From a bacterium (lineage in GTDB: Bacteria; Patescibacteriota; Minisyncoccia; Phycocordibacterales; UBA1006), in the NCBI GenBank assembly GCA_037144045.1, contig JBAWXN010000001.1:134744-198743 (forward strand): 64,000 bases of DNA, in the 5' to 3' direction. Positions 28,128 to 36,742 of this stretch are shown in pieces. Below the pieces are notes generated by a model. That model saw only the letters and a list, made by a program, of their open reading frames with translations. It was not told the DNA's origin and searched no databases. The first letter of the stretch is position 1, and each line of letters starts with the position of its first letter. A program made the translations under genes and the position numbers.

Positions 28128-30248
28128 TTAAATTGTTCGCGTGTACTCTGTAAGTTCCTCAAAATTTTTAAAGTGAACATTTATACCAAGTTCTTCCTGG
28201 ATAATTGTATTCGCTTTAGTGATTGCCCTATCCAAATGCGGAACAGGTTCACTTTTCGGAATTTCATGAGACATCGCTTTTAGTTCCTCCCACGTATATC
28301 GTCCGCGGTTTGTCCACCACGGAAGACTCGAAGTGACTCCATACGCCCAATGTTCTCTGCATGATTGCTCAAGCAGATCACGAAGTGCATCAACCTTCTT
28401 GTTGCTTGCTGACAAATAACGAAAATCACGATTCAAGTGCAGCAGATGATCGTCTGGGAGAAGTTCAATATATTTGAAATTCCCATTTTTCTCATCAGGA
28501 GCATTTTTTGCAATCCGATAGCGGCTGCTTTTAATTGTCAGAATCGAGTCTCCGTACTTTTCAATAAATGAAAGCCACTTGAGCGTTTGATGCAAGGGTT
28601 CACCAGGCAATCCCACAATAATGAATATGTGAGTATGAATTCCTGCATTTTTTAAATTAGCAAGAATCTTTCCATAGTGATCTGGCTTGTTCCAACGCTT
28701 ATTCTCATTACCAAGCGTTTGAGTGTCCAGACTTTCCAATCCAATTTGCAAACCACGACAACCGGCATCATATAATTGATGACAGACATCAGGATCAAGT
28801 AAGTGGTGATCAGCTGTACTGTAGCAATACCATTCGGCTTTGTATCTATGAACTTTCAATTCTTCCCCAATTTTAAGCTGGGTTTGTATCGGAAGAATTT
28901 CATCGTAGAAATCAAAGCGGTGTCCGTTTGAAGCGATCATTTGCGAAACAATGTGTTTTGCAGATGAGGTTCTTGGCTTCCCAAGAAAAGTATCACTTCC
29001 TCCAGAAATCGAACAGAACTCGCATTGCATAAAGCAATTTGAAGCAGTGTAGAGTGGATAGACAGGCTCGGGAGACCATTGCGTTGCTCCCCCATCGTAT
29101 GAGGGCGTAGGCAGTAACTCAAATGGCATCGGAGTTTTGGCAGGCTTGTTCATCACAAGCTTTTTTCCGTCGCTCCAGACAGTACCAGAAGTAAGATTAG
29201 GTGAAAGATTTTCCGCCAGTTCAAGAATAGGTAGAAAGCCTTCCCTGTATACAATTGCGTCACAACAACGATTGAACAACTCAAAGAATTGCGGTTCGTT
29301 ATATGCTGTCAGTATGCGTGACCAGAAATTGCCCCCAAGGACAATCTTAGTCTCCGGTAAAGCCTCCTTGACCATAGAGGCAAGAATGAGTCCGGGAAAC
29401 AATTGCCGCTCGTCACCAATACTGATTCCATACAAATCGGGTCTGAATGAAAGGAGGTGCGGAATCTCGAGTGCGGTGAAATAGGGATACCAAATATTTG
29501 ATTCTCTATTATTTAGCGCGTTGAGAGCACCCTCAATCGTTCCGTCCTGATAGCTTGCCACATACACTACATTATTCCTTTCAACAGCAAACTTGTCTTG
29601 GGTGGGTACGCTTTTTGAAATTTCTTCAAAAAGTTTTCGAGCCCTATACCAATCATTAATCGTACTGTTCGGGTTTCTGACAATCCTTAATGCTTCAGCG
29701 GTTTTGCTTTTATCGTGAAGAGAAAGTAAGTACTCCAATCCAATAATATGGCCGTATCGTTGCGATACTTCATAATCGCCTTGCCGTAAAAGCGAGGTCA
29801 GATAAGAAATTCCGCTTGGGAAATGCCAAGGCGAAGATACTGGTGGATTGTTGAGAATAATTCTCCGCGATCTTCCAGCAGGAATGATAACAGCTAAAGA
29901 AAACTTTTCCGGTTTAAGGTACTCAATTTTCTTCAAATCAATTTTGATCTTCTTAATGGGAGTCACAGGATGACTAGGTAGGTTTGCGCCATACTCTGGC
30001 TGACCTCCAATAATCACTTCTTGTACTCCAGTGAAGATAATCTTGCCGTTACTAATCGAACCTTGTTCGCCAGTCTCCGGAACATAGTAGGTGTAAAAGC
30101 CGTGAAGCTTTCCATGGGTGTCTATGGTGAATGATGTCTCGGTTGAAAAACCGAAGCTACTCGCCAAAAACAACAACATAAGTGCAAATATTCCGACACC
30201 TTGTATCGTACTCTTTGCTTTTCGGTAAAGTTGAGATTTCGGTTTCAT
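28128..30248 (-). CDS. B12-binding radical SAM protein with an N-terminal membrane anchor and a long C-terminal extension
   Basis: N-terminal TM/signal segment (GIFALMLLFLASSFGFS). B12-binding-like segment (ILNNPPVSSPWHFPSGISYLTSLLRQGDYEV ... KIVLGGNFWS). Radical SAM CxxxCxxC (SNCFMQCEFCS). About 230-aa extension after the core. Total 706 aa. Confidence 0.7.
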   Translation of the reverse strand: MKPKSQLYRKAKSTIQGVGIFALMLLFLASSFGFSTETSFTIDTHGKLHGFYTYYVPETGEQGSISNGKIIFTGVQEVIIGGQPEYGANLPSHPVTPIKKIKIDLKKIEYLKPEKFSLAVIIPAGRSRRIILNNPPVSSPWHFPSGISYLTSLLRQGDYEVSQRYGHIIGLEYLLSLHDKSKTAEALRIVRNPNSTINDWYRARKLFEEISKSVPTQDKFAVERNNVVYVASYQDGTIEGALNALNNRESNIWYPYFTALEIPHLLSFRPDLYGISIGDERQLFPGLILASMVKEALPETKIVLGGNFWSRILTAYNEPQFFELFNRCCDAIVYREGFLPILELAENLSPNLTSGTVWSDGKKLVMNKPAKTPMPFELLPTPSYDGGATQWSPEPVYPLYTASNCFMQCEFCSISGGSDTFLGKPRTSSAKHIVSQMIASNGHRFDFYDEILPIQTQLKIGEELKVHRYKAEWYCYSTADHHLLDPDVCHQLYDAGCRGLQIGLESLDTQTLGNENKRWNKPDHYGKILANLKNAGIHTHIFIIVGLPGEPLHQTLKWLSFIEKYGDSILTIKSSRYRIAKNAPDEKNGNFKYIELLPDDHLLHLNRDFRYLSASNKKVDALRDLLEQSCREHWAYGVTSSLPWWTNRGRYTWEELKAMSHEIPKSEPVPHLDRAITKANTIIQEELGINVHFKNFEELTEYTRTI

Positions 30249-30405
30249 TATTTGAAGATTTTTTGTTAGTGAACATTTTTCGCATTATAACATAAATCAC
30301 TATCTGTTTCAAGGCTTCTGCGACCTCTGGTAGATTAACTTCCTTCTTAAAATTTGTGTAGTTGACTCTTCGACTCTTCTGCTCCGTATCTCTCTTCTCG
30401 CTAGA

Positions 30406-30461
30406 CTTCGTACATCGTTCCGGTATGTTCGTGTGTATGGACCAAACAACGATGTACGGAG
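30406..30461 (+). promoter_or_regulatory. 14-bp inverted repeat (1 mismatch) upstream of the recombinase gene; candidate recombination or regulatory site
   Basis: CTTCGTACATCGTT (30406-30419) ... AACGATGTACGGAG (30448-30461) with a 28-nt spacer. The 10-bp core GTACATCGTT / AACGATGTAC is perfect. Confidence 0.4.
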
Positions 30462-30472
30462 CCCAAATAGGC

Positions 30473-31759
30473 ATGACACCGGTACTACAGGCGGAACCAA
30501 TCCGATACTGCCTCTACGCCCGTAAATCAAGCGAGGCCGAAGAGAAGCAGGCACTCTCGATTGATTCTCAAATAAAGGAAATGCTTGCAATTGCCCAGCG
30601 CGATAACTTGAACATCATAGAGATGTATCGCGAATCTCACTCCGCGAAAGACTGCGGGCAACGGCCTGTGTTCAACAAACTGCTCATCGACATTCGCGAG
30701 GGAAAGTTTGACGGCATACTTGTCTGGCACCCCGACCGACTTTCACGAAATGCCGGAGATCTCGGAGCAATTGTTGATCTACTCGATCAGAAGAAATTGA
30801 TTGAGATCAGGACTTATAGCCAACGGTTCACCAATAATCCAAATGAAAAGTTTCTACTCATGATTCTCGGCTCACAAGCTAAGCTCGAGAATGATAATAA
30901 GAGCATCAATGTGAAGCGAGGATTGAAAACAAAATGCGAGATGGGACTGTGGCCGAGTGTCGCACCAACCGGATATTTAAACTCAAAGAATAGAGATCAG
31001 AAAGGCGTCATTTTTGTAGACCCGGATCGTGGATCAACAATCAAAGAAATCTTTACTCGAGTCGCCTATCAAGGAGCAAGCGGTAGAAAAATCTTCAAAT
31101 GGTTACGGGAAATCAAATTTGTAACGCGAACCGGAAAACCTCTGACCTTGAGCAATATCTACGTTATTTTGAATAATCACTTTTACCACGGCACATTTGA
31201 GTACCCTAAAGCGAGCGGTCGATGGTTTAGGGGTAAGCATGTACCACTAATTACTAAAGAGCTATTTGATGAGGCGCAAAAACAACTTCAATTACAAAGA
31301 AAAGTTAGAGGCAAGAATAAGGAGTTCGCTTTTACCAAACTCATGTCTTGCGGCCTTTGCGGATCTGGTATCACCGCTGAAGAGAAGTATAAAAATCTTA
31401 AAGATGGATCAGTGAACAAATATATTTATTATGGTTGTACACGTGCGCGAGATTCAAACTGCAAGGGTGGGTATGTTGAAGAAAAAGTATTGATTGCTCA
31501 ACTACTTGAGTTGATGGATAAGATTGATCTTGATAAGTCGGGTATCAAGAAAAAGCTTGAGGTGGAAATTGAGCGGCACAAGAAATTTCATTCAGGGATC
31601 ATGGGCAAACCAAACGCTGAATACTATGTCAAAGATGTAGACATACGAAATTATGCGAAATATCTTTTATCCGATGGTTCAATGTTTGAGAAGCGAGACT
31701 TACTTACTTGCCTGAAGAGCAGACTCTCTTTAGAGAATAAAATACTCACTTTAAATTAG
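30473..31759 (+). CDS. Large serine recombinase (resolvase/invertase catalytic domain + recombinase domain + zinc ribbon)
   Basis: YCLYARKSS (catalytic Ser), HPDRLSRNAGD, a central recombinase domain, and Cys pairs (CGLCGS ... CTRARDSNC) for the zinc ribbon. About 48% GC. Start at Met 30473; the ORF track starts at 30362. Confidence 0.88.
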   Translation: MTPVLQAEPIRYCLYARKSSEAEEKQALSIDSQIKEMLAIAQRDNLNIIEMYRESHSAKDCGQRPVFNKLLIDIREGKFDGILVWHPDRLSRNAGDLGAIVDLLDQKKLIEIRTYSQRFTNNPNEKFLLMILGSQAKLENDNKSINVKRGLKTKCEMGLWPSVAPTGYLNSKNRDQKGVIFVDPDRGSTIKEIFTRVAYQGASGRKIFKWLREIKFVTRTGKPLTLSNIYVILNNHFYHGTFEYPKASGRWFRGKHVPLITKELFDEAQKQLQLQRKVRGKNKEFAFTKLMSCGLCGSGITAEEKYKNLKDGSVNKYIYYGCTRARDSNCKGGYVEEKVLIAQLLELMDKIDLDKSGIKKKLEVEIERHKKFHSGIMGKPNAEYYVKDVDIRNYAKYLLSDGSMFEKRDLLTCLKSRLSLENKILTLN

Positions 31760-32664
31760 TGACCTGCGAGAAGTTTGGCAAGCTCAAATATTATTCCTTG
31801 AGCAATAACATTCCCAGCAACTCCTTCAAAGATAGTCTTTAAAGAAGTCAGTGCTATCTTGATTTTTGACTGCTCAGGGAGGTCTTTAGACATTTCTTCC
31901 TTTAGTTCCCTTGCTAGGGTTTGAACATTCTCTGTTTCTTCTACTTGTAGTTTTATCTCAGGAAGAAATTTTTGTATCTGATTCACTAAATCAATCACTT
32001 TTTCTTGAGAAAATCCGTTTGCTTGCTGGATGGAAACATTCGCCTGGTCACTAATACTTCCAATCGTTCCGGCAAAATTTTCTATATGACCAATACTATA
32101 ATTTGTATTAGCAATTTGAGCTTTCTCCTTATCTGTCTGGGAAAAAGAAATACCTTCTCCAACAACCCCTGCTTTTTCAAGTTTTAGAGCCGTATCTAGG
32201 ATGCGATTACGCACAGCATCTAATATCCCCGTAACAGCACTCCTGCCGATCATAAATCCTACATTCGTTTCGTGACCAATTGATTCCATAATGCTTTTCT
32301 TTACTGCATTACTGTAGCTGATTTCAAAAGTGCTAGAATCTGTTTTTACAAGATCATCAAGTTGTCCTACAGGTGAAGTGAGACCTCTTTTCGACATAAG
32401 CTCTCCAGCTTCAGAGTTACCAAATATAATAGGTTGCCAACCGTGATATGGATTCCACGCTTTCGGTTCTCCAGTAATGATCCGATACTCAGGGAGATCT
32501 GCATTGGAAGGAGCATCATAACCATTTAGCTCTTTTTCTATCCAATCACCAAATTCAGTTAAATCAAGTTTAACAGCAACAATTTTTGCTTTTCTTAGCA
32601 AGTCTGAAACCGAGTTGGTGGTATTTGCAGCTTCACTTTGTAATTCTTGGATTATTGATGACAT
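31756..32664 (-). CDS. AbiTii-like abortive-infection protein (putative)
   Basis: N-terminal MSSIIQELQSEAANTTNSVSDLLRKAKIVAVKLDLTEFGDWIEKELNGY matches my recollection of the AbiTii N-terminal signature. The C-terminal half is helical/coiled-coil. Start moved to the internal Met (32664), because the ORF track extension overlaps a tRNA. Confidence 0.35.
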   Translation of the reverse strand: MSSIIQELQSEAANTTNSVSDLLRKAKIVAVKLDLTEFGDWIEKELNGYDAPSNADLPEYRIITGEPKAWNPYHGWQPIIFGNSEAGELMSKRGLTSPVGQLDDLVKTDSSTFEISYSNAVKKSIMESIGHETNVGFMIGRSAVTGILDAVRNRILDTALKLEKAGVVGEGISFSQTDKEKAQIANTNYSIGHIENFAGTIGSISDQANVSIQQANGFSQEKVIDLVNQIQKFLPEIKLQVEETENVQTLARELKEEMSKDLPEQSKIKIALTSLKTIFEGVAGNVIAQGIIFELAKLLAGH

Positions 32665-32709
32665 GTTATTTTTTGACCCCTCTAGGTCCTTCGATACTAA
32701 ACTAAACTG

Positions 32710-32780
32710 CTGCCAGACTTGGACTCGAACCAAGATAAACGGTACCAGAAACCGTTGTCCTACCATTAGACGATCTGGCA
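32710..32780 (-). tRNA. tRNA-Gln (anticodon CUG)
   Basis: Minus-strand cloverleaf TGCCAGATCGTCTAATGGTAGGACAACGGTTTCTGGTACCGTTTATCTTGGTTCGAGTCCAAGTCTGGCA plus discriminator G. Anticodon loop TTCTGGT. Its 3' end faces the recombinase islet. Confidence 0.85.
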
Positions 32781-32907
32781 ATGGTTCCAAAATAACCCAG
32801 AAGGGAATATATCAGAATTGCTCGGACAGTATAGTACCTTTTGATAAAAAATCAAATGTGTGCTATAGTATAATCCAATTTGTTCATAAAAATCCCTTTG
32901 AGTACGC

Positions 32908-33276
32908 ATGAAAAAATCCCTTTTATTGGCGATAGTAACTATCGTATCTGTGGCTACCTATGCCCAAACATTTTACAGCGGTAAGTATCGCAATTTATTT
33001 TATGACTTGCCAGCCATGGATTGTAGTAAGCACCTTTGCAGAGCAACTGCCGCAGTTGATAGTTTTAAGTATGTAATACAAGGATTCCGTGATGGCGATG
33101 ATTTTTTGGTAATGAAGCTTTGTAATAAGAAACTTATTGTGATGCAATCATTTTACATGAATGGCGAAAAAAAGCTGGATGATGCTACGGTAGGTGATTT
33201 ATTTAAAGACGATTTTACATTAGATTATTTTTTGGAAACCGTGTTCAATTATTCAATTCCCAAGCGGAAAAAATAG
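32908..33276 (+). CDS. Secreted hypothetical protein
   Basis: Signal peptide MKKSLLLAIVTIVSVATYAQ, 122 aa. Confidence 0.5.
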   Translation: MKKSLLLAIVTIVSVATYAQTFYSGKYRNLFYDLPAMDCSKHLCRATAAVDSFKYVIQGFRDGDDFLVMKLCNKKLIVMQSFYMNGEKKLDDATVGDLFKDDFTLDYFLETVFNYSIPKRKK

Positions 33277-33345
33277 CATAGTAATGGTCCTGGAAACAGG
33301 ACTTTTTTTATTGGATAAATTGACAAACTGTGGTATGGTGTTCTC

Positions 33346-34101
33346 ATGAAAGATTTCTATATTTACGGCCGAAACGCCATTGTGGAGCAATTGCTGCACC
33401 ATCCAAAAAACCTTAAACGCATTTACATCAAAGACGGGGTAAAAACCTCTGGTTTTGAGCAAATTCGAGAACTAGCCCATGCAAACCATATTCCTGTGGT
33501 GGCTATTGAAGAAAAGGAAATTACTAAATTATTAAAAGACGAAGTATTGCATCAAGGGGTTTTAGCACTTTCTAAGCCTTTCGAATACACTAATTTCGAA
33601 GAATGGATGCACCAAGTAGACCTCAAGGTGATGCCAACCGTTCTTATCCTTGATCATATTATGGACGTTTCAAACCTTGGAGCGATTATTCGAAGTGCGA
33701 CTGCATCAGGAGTTGCTGCTATTATTGTGGCTGAACTTAACCAGGCTCCAGTAACCAGTGCTGTGTATAAAACATCTGCAGGAACCGTAGGTCGCGTTCC
33801 CTTGATTCAAGTAGGGAACCTTAACCAGATCGTAGAGCGATTTAAGAAGGCGGGATTTTGGATTGTGGGACTTGCTATGGATGAGTCTAAAGGTGGTTCT
33901 ACAGACCTCTGGCAATATAATTTTGATACCCCAACCGTAGTAGTTATCGGAGGTGAAGGTGATGGAATCCGACAAAAAACTCGTGAACACTGCGATACAT
34001 TACTTTCTATTCCTATGGAAAATAATGTTGAATCATTGAATGCATCAGTTACTGCAGCGTTGGTATGTTACGAAATTAAACGACAGCGACTCAATAAATA
34101 A
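33346..34101 (+). CDS. SpoU/TrmH-family RNA 2'-O-methyltransferase (RlmB-like)
   Basis: N-terminal substrate-binding domain (GRNAIVEQL) and SPOUT motifs (LILDHIMDVSNLGAIIRSA, VVIGGEGDGI, ESLNASVTAAL). Confidence 0.8.
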   Translation: MKDFYIYGRNAIVEQLLHHPKNLKRIYIKDGVKTSGFEQIRELAHANHIPVVAIEEKEITKLLKDEVLHQGVLALSKPFEYTNFEEWMHQVDLKVMPTVLILDHIMDVSNLGAIIRSATASGVAAIIVAELNQAPVTSAVYKTSAGTVGRVPLIQVGNLNQIVERFKKAGFWIVGLAMDESKGGSTDLWQYNFDTPTVVVIGGEGDGIRQKTREHCDTLLSIPMENNVESLNASVTAALVCYEIKRQRLNK

Positions 34102-34183
34102 TTAATTTCCTAGCGATAAAGTTTTAATAAAGAAGCAGATTCAGCTGTGTTGTGAGTCCTACATCTTTTGTTATACTGGACTC

Positions 34184-34393
34184 ATGATTACGAACGAGGA
34201 CTACAAAAAATTACAAGAAATGCTTAAAGCAACTATTAAGGAGGAGCTTAAAACGTCTTGGGAACTCCATTCGAAAGACTTTCAAGAATTTGTAGTTGAT
34301 CACTTACAGAAATTGTACGAAGGACAAGAAAAACTTATAGTCCAAGTAGAAAATATTCATTTACGATTAAAAATGCGAAAAAAATATGACTAA
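34184..34393 (+). CDS. Small hypothetical protein (69 aa), overlapping the trpS start by 8 nt
   Basis: ORF only; charged and helical. Possibly translationally coupled to trpS. Confidence 0.3.
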   Translation: MITNEDYKKLQEMLKATIKEELKTSWELHSKDFQEFVVDHLQKLYEGQEKLIVQVENIHLRLKMRKKYD

Positions 34394-35327
34394 AAAAATT
34401 CTCCTATCAGGAGTAAAACCAACAGGACGACCCCATATTGGAAATTATTTTGGAGCCATGAAGCAATTTGTTGATCTTCAAGAAGAATACGAATCATATG
34501 TAATGCTAGCAAACTATCATGCAGTGACTTCTATTCATAATGGCGATGAATTGCGTAAACTTACTCATGATCTTATTTTAGATTACTTAGCAATTGGACT
34601 TGATCCAAAAAAAGTAGTTCTCTTTAAACAATCAGATGTCGTTGAACATACAGAACTCGCGTGGATTTTTGATTGTGTTACTACGATGCCGTATTTGATG
34701 CGAGCACATGCTTTTAAGGATGCCGAAGCAAAAGATCATGAAATCAATGTAGGCGTATTTAACTATCCTATGCTCATGGCTGCAGACATTCTTATGTATG
34801 ATGCTGATGTGGTACCAGTAGGGCGCGATCAAAAACAACATATTGAATATACGCGCGATACGGCTCAGAAATTTAACAATACGTTCGGTGAAGTATTTAA
34901 GCTTCCTAAGGATTTAATCCTTGAATCGGTTGAAACAGTACCAGGAATCGATGGGCAAAAAATGTCTAAATCTTATGGTAATGTTATTCCATTATTCGGA
35001 ACTGATGAAGAAATCACTAAGGCAGTAATGAGTATTGTCACTGATTCAGGTTCTGATATTCCTACGAATGTATACGCTATTCATAAATTGTTTAAATCAG
35101 AGGCAGAATTGGCTCCATTGTACGAAGCACACAAAGGGAAGTATAAAGCGCTTAAAGACGCATTATTGGCCGATATTTTGGCCCTAGTAACCCCAATGCG
35201 TGAACGACGACAATATTATGCAGATCGACCTGACGAGGTCGCTGCGATCCTTGCTGAAGGTGCACAGCGTGCTCAAGCAAAAGCACAAGCCAAAATGAAA
35301 ATTGTCCGTGAAAAAGTAGGACTCTAA
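34386..35327 (+). CDS. trpS: Tryptophanyl-tRNA synthetase
   Basis: HIGH-type motif (TGRPHIGNY), KMSKS and a TrpRS-size class I Rossmann fold. Confidence 0.93.
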   Translation: MTKKILLSGVKPTGRPHIGNYFGAMKQFVDLQEEYESYVMLANYHAVTSIHNGDELRKLTHDLILDYLAIGLDPKKVVLFKQSDVVEHTELAWIFDCVTTMPYLMRAHAFKDAEAKDHEINVGVFNYPMLMAADILMYDADVVPVGRDQKQHIEYTRDTAQKFNNTFGEVFKLPKDLILESVETVPGIDGQKMSKSYGNVIPLFGTDEEITKAVMSIVTDSGSDIPTNVYAIHKLFKSEAELAPLYEAHKGKYKALKDALLADILALVTPMRERRQYYADRPDEVAAILAEGAQRAQAKAQAKMKIVREKVGL

Positions 35328-35414
35328 TCCCAAAAGTCAGGCAGAAATGCTTGACTTTTTATTACGAAGTGTTATTGTAATACTCATTGTTCACTTGTTA
35401 TTTAACAAAAAAAT

Positions 35415-36674
35415 ATGAAAGATAGGCTCGCCTTTGTAACTACTATTCTTAGTAATGGAATGAAAGTATATTCGCAATATGATAGCAGTGTAGCATTCGC
35501 TCACGTATCATTAATTGCTCCTGTGGGAAGTGCCCATAATCATGGAAAAATTATTCCAGGTAGTTTTCACTATTTGGAACACTTGCTCATGAAAAGATCT
35601 GAGCTCTATCCTCAAAAGGGATCACTTAAAGAGAAAGTTTCTCTACTTGGCGGAAGGTTTGGTGCAGGTACTTGGTTTGGTAAGACTTCATATGATTTGA
35701 CTGCTACAACTGAAAACCTACCTGATCTATTTAAAGGTCTCGTATCTCACTTTTTTAACCCTATTATCTTACAAGAAGATGTAATAGCAGAAAGGGGTGT
35801 AATAGCTAACGAGAGAAATCGTAAGTCACCATTTTATCCAGGAACCAATGAGCGTACTCAGTATCTGGGTAGTCAGTGGGTCAATGATGAATTATACTCG
35901 GTTAATCAAATATTTGGTTCTGATGAAGACTTTGAAGGAATGACAGTGGAGTATTTTACTAAGTTGCACAGTGATTACTACAAAACTAATAAAAGTTATT
36001 GTGTGATTATTGGTAATTTTGACCTTGATAGTATCTGCAAGGAGTTGTCGCAGTATGAACTTAAAAGTAATGCGGTGTTTCCAGTTGAGCAGTTTATTCC
36101 AAGGGTTTGGAACAAACGCAATTACCACGAAGTCGTAACCAAGGAAACTAATCGCTTTGAATATTATACTACTTCGCTTTTTCCCATTAACATGCAGGAG
36201 GCCATGAATTATTTAAGACTATTTAGTCTTTCCAGTGCAATCCTTACTGATTATTCTTATGGAGTACTTATGCAGTGGTTACGTCATGAAAAAAATTGGT
36301 GTTATGAAATTAGCGTCAATCATGCAGTGGTGCGCGGAAGTGCGGGTGGTGGATTTATGATCCCGCTCAATTCCGCAACTCAGGTTGCTGAAGTACGTAA
36401 AGAACTATTGGAAAGAATATTTAATGGACTAAGCCAGGAAGATTTACTTACTAAGGCAAGGCAACACAAGAAGAACCTTGCTGTATTCTGGTACCAAACA
36501 ATGGAGTCACGCATGAGTAGTGCACTTAAGGATCTTCACATTTATGGTTCTATAGAAAACGAACAAGAATATTTTGACTCGTTGGATGCGATTACGACTG
36601 ATAACTTGTTGAATTTTTTTCATGAAAGACTCAAGTCTAATTTCGGGGAATTACTATTTGTTCCAGGGAAGTAA
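35415..36674 (+). CDS. M16-family (pitrilysin/insulinase-like) zinc peptidase
   Basis: Inverted zinc motif HxxEH (HYLEHLLMKRSE) near the N-terminus. The length is consistent with an M16 two-domain half. Confidence 0.6.
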   Translation: MKDRLAFVTTILSNGMKVYSQYDSSVAFAHVSLIAPVGSAHNHGKIIPGSFHYLEHLLMKRSELYPQKGSLKEKVSLLGGRFGAGTWFGKTSYDLTATTENLPDLFKGLVSHFFNPIILQEDVIAERGVIANERNRKSPFYPGTNERTQYLGSQWVNDELYSVNQIFGSDEDFEGMTVEYFTKLHSDYYKTNKSYCVIIGNFDLDSICKELSQYELKSNAVFPVEQFIPRVWNKRNYHEVVTKETNRFEYYTTSLFPINMQEAMNYLRLFSLSSAILTDYSYGVLMQWLRHEKNWCYEISVNHAVVRGSAGGGFMIPLNSATQVAEVRKELLERIFNGLSQEDLLTKARQHKKNLAVFWYQTMESRMSSALKDLHIYGSIENEQEYFDSLDAITTDNLLNFFHERLKSNFGELLFVPGK

Positions 36675-36683
36675 TTATTTTAA

Positions 36684-36712
36684 ATACAATTACCTTTGCG
36701 CCATTCGCGCAA
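36684..36712 (+). terminator. Rho-independent terminator
   Basis: CCTTTGCGCCATTCGCGCAAAGGTTTTTTTTA. Confidence 0.8.
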
Positions 36713-36742
36713 AGGTTTTTTTTATTGTAAAATAATGTAACT

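Noticed and set aside
32665-32790. N-terminal 42-aa extension of the Abi-like ORF
   Set aside because: It would overlap tRNA-Gln(CUG) on the same strand. The internal Met at 32664 has an AGAGGGG-like RBS and gives a sensible N-terminus.
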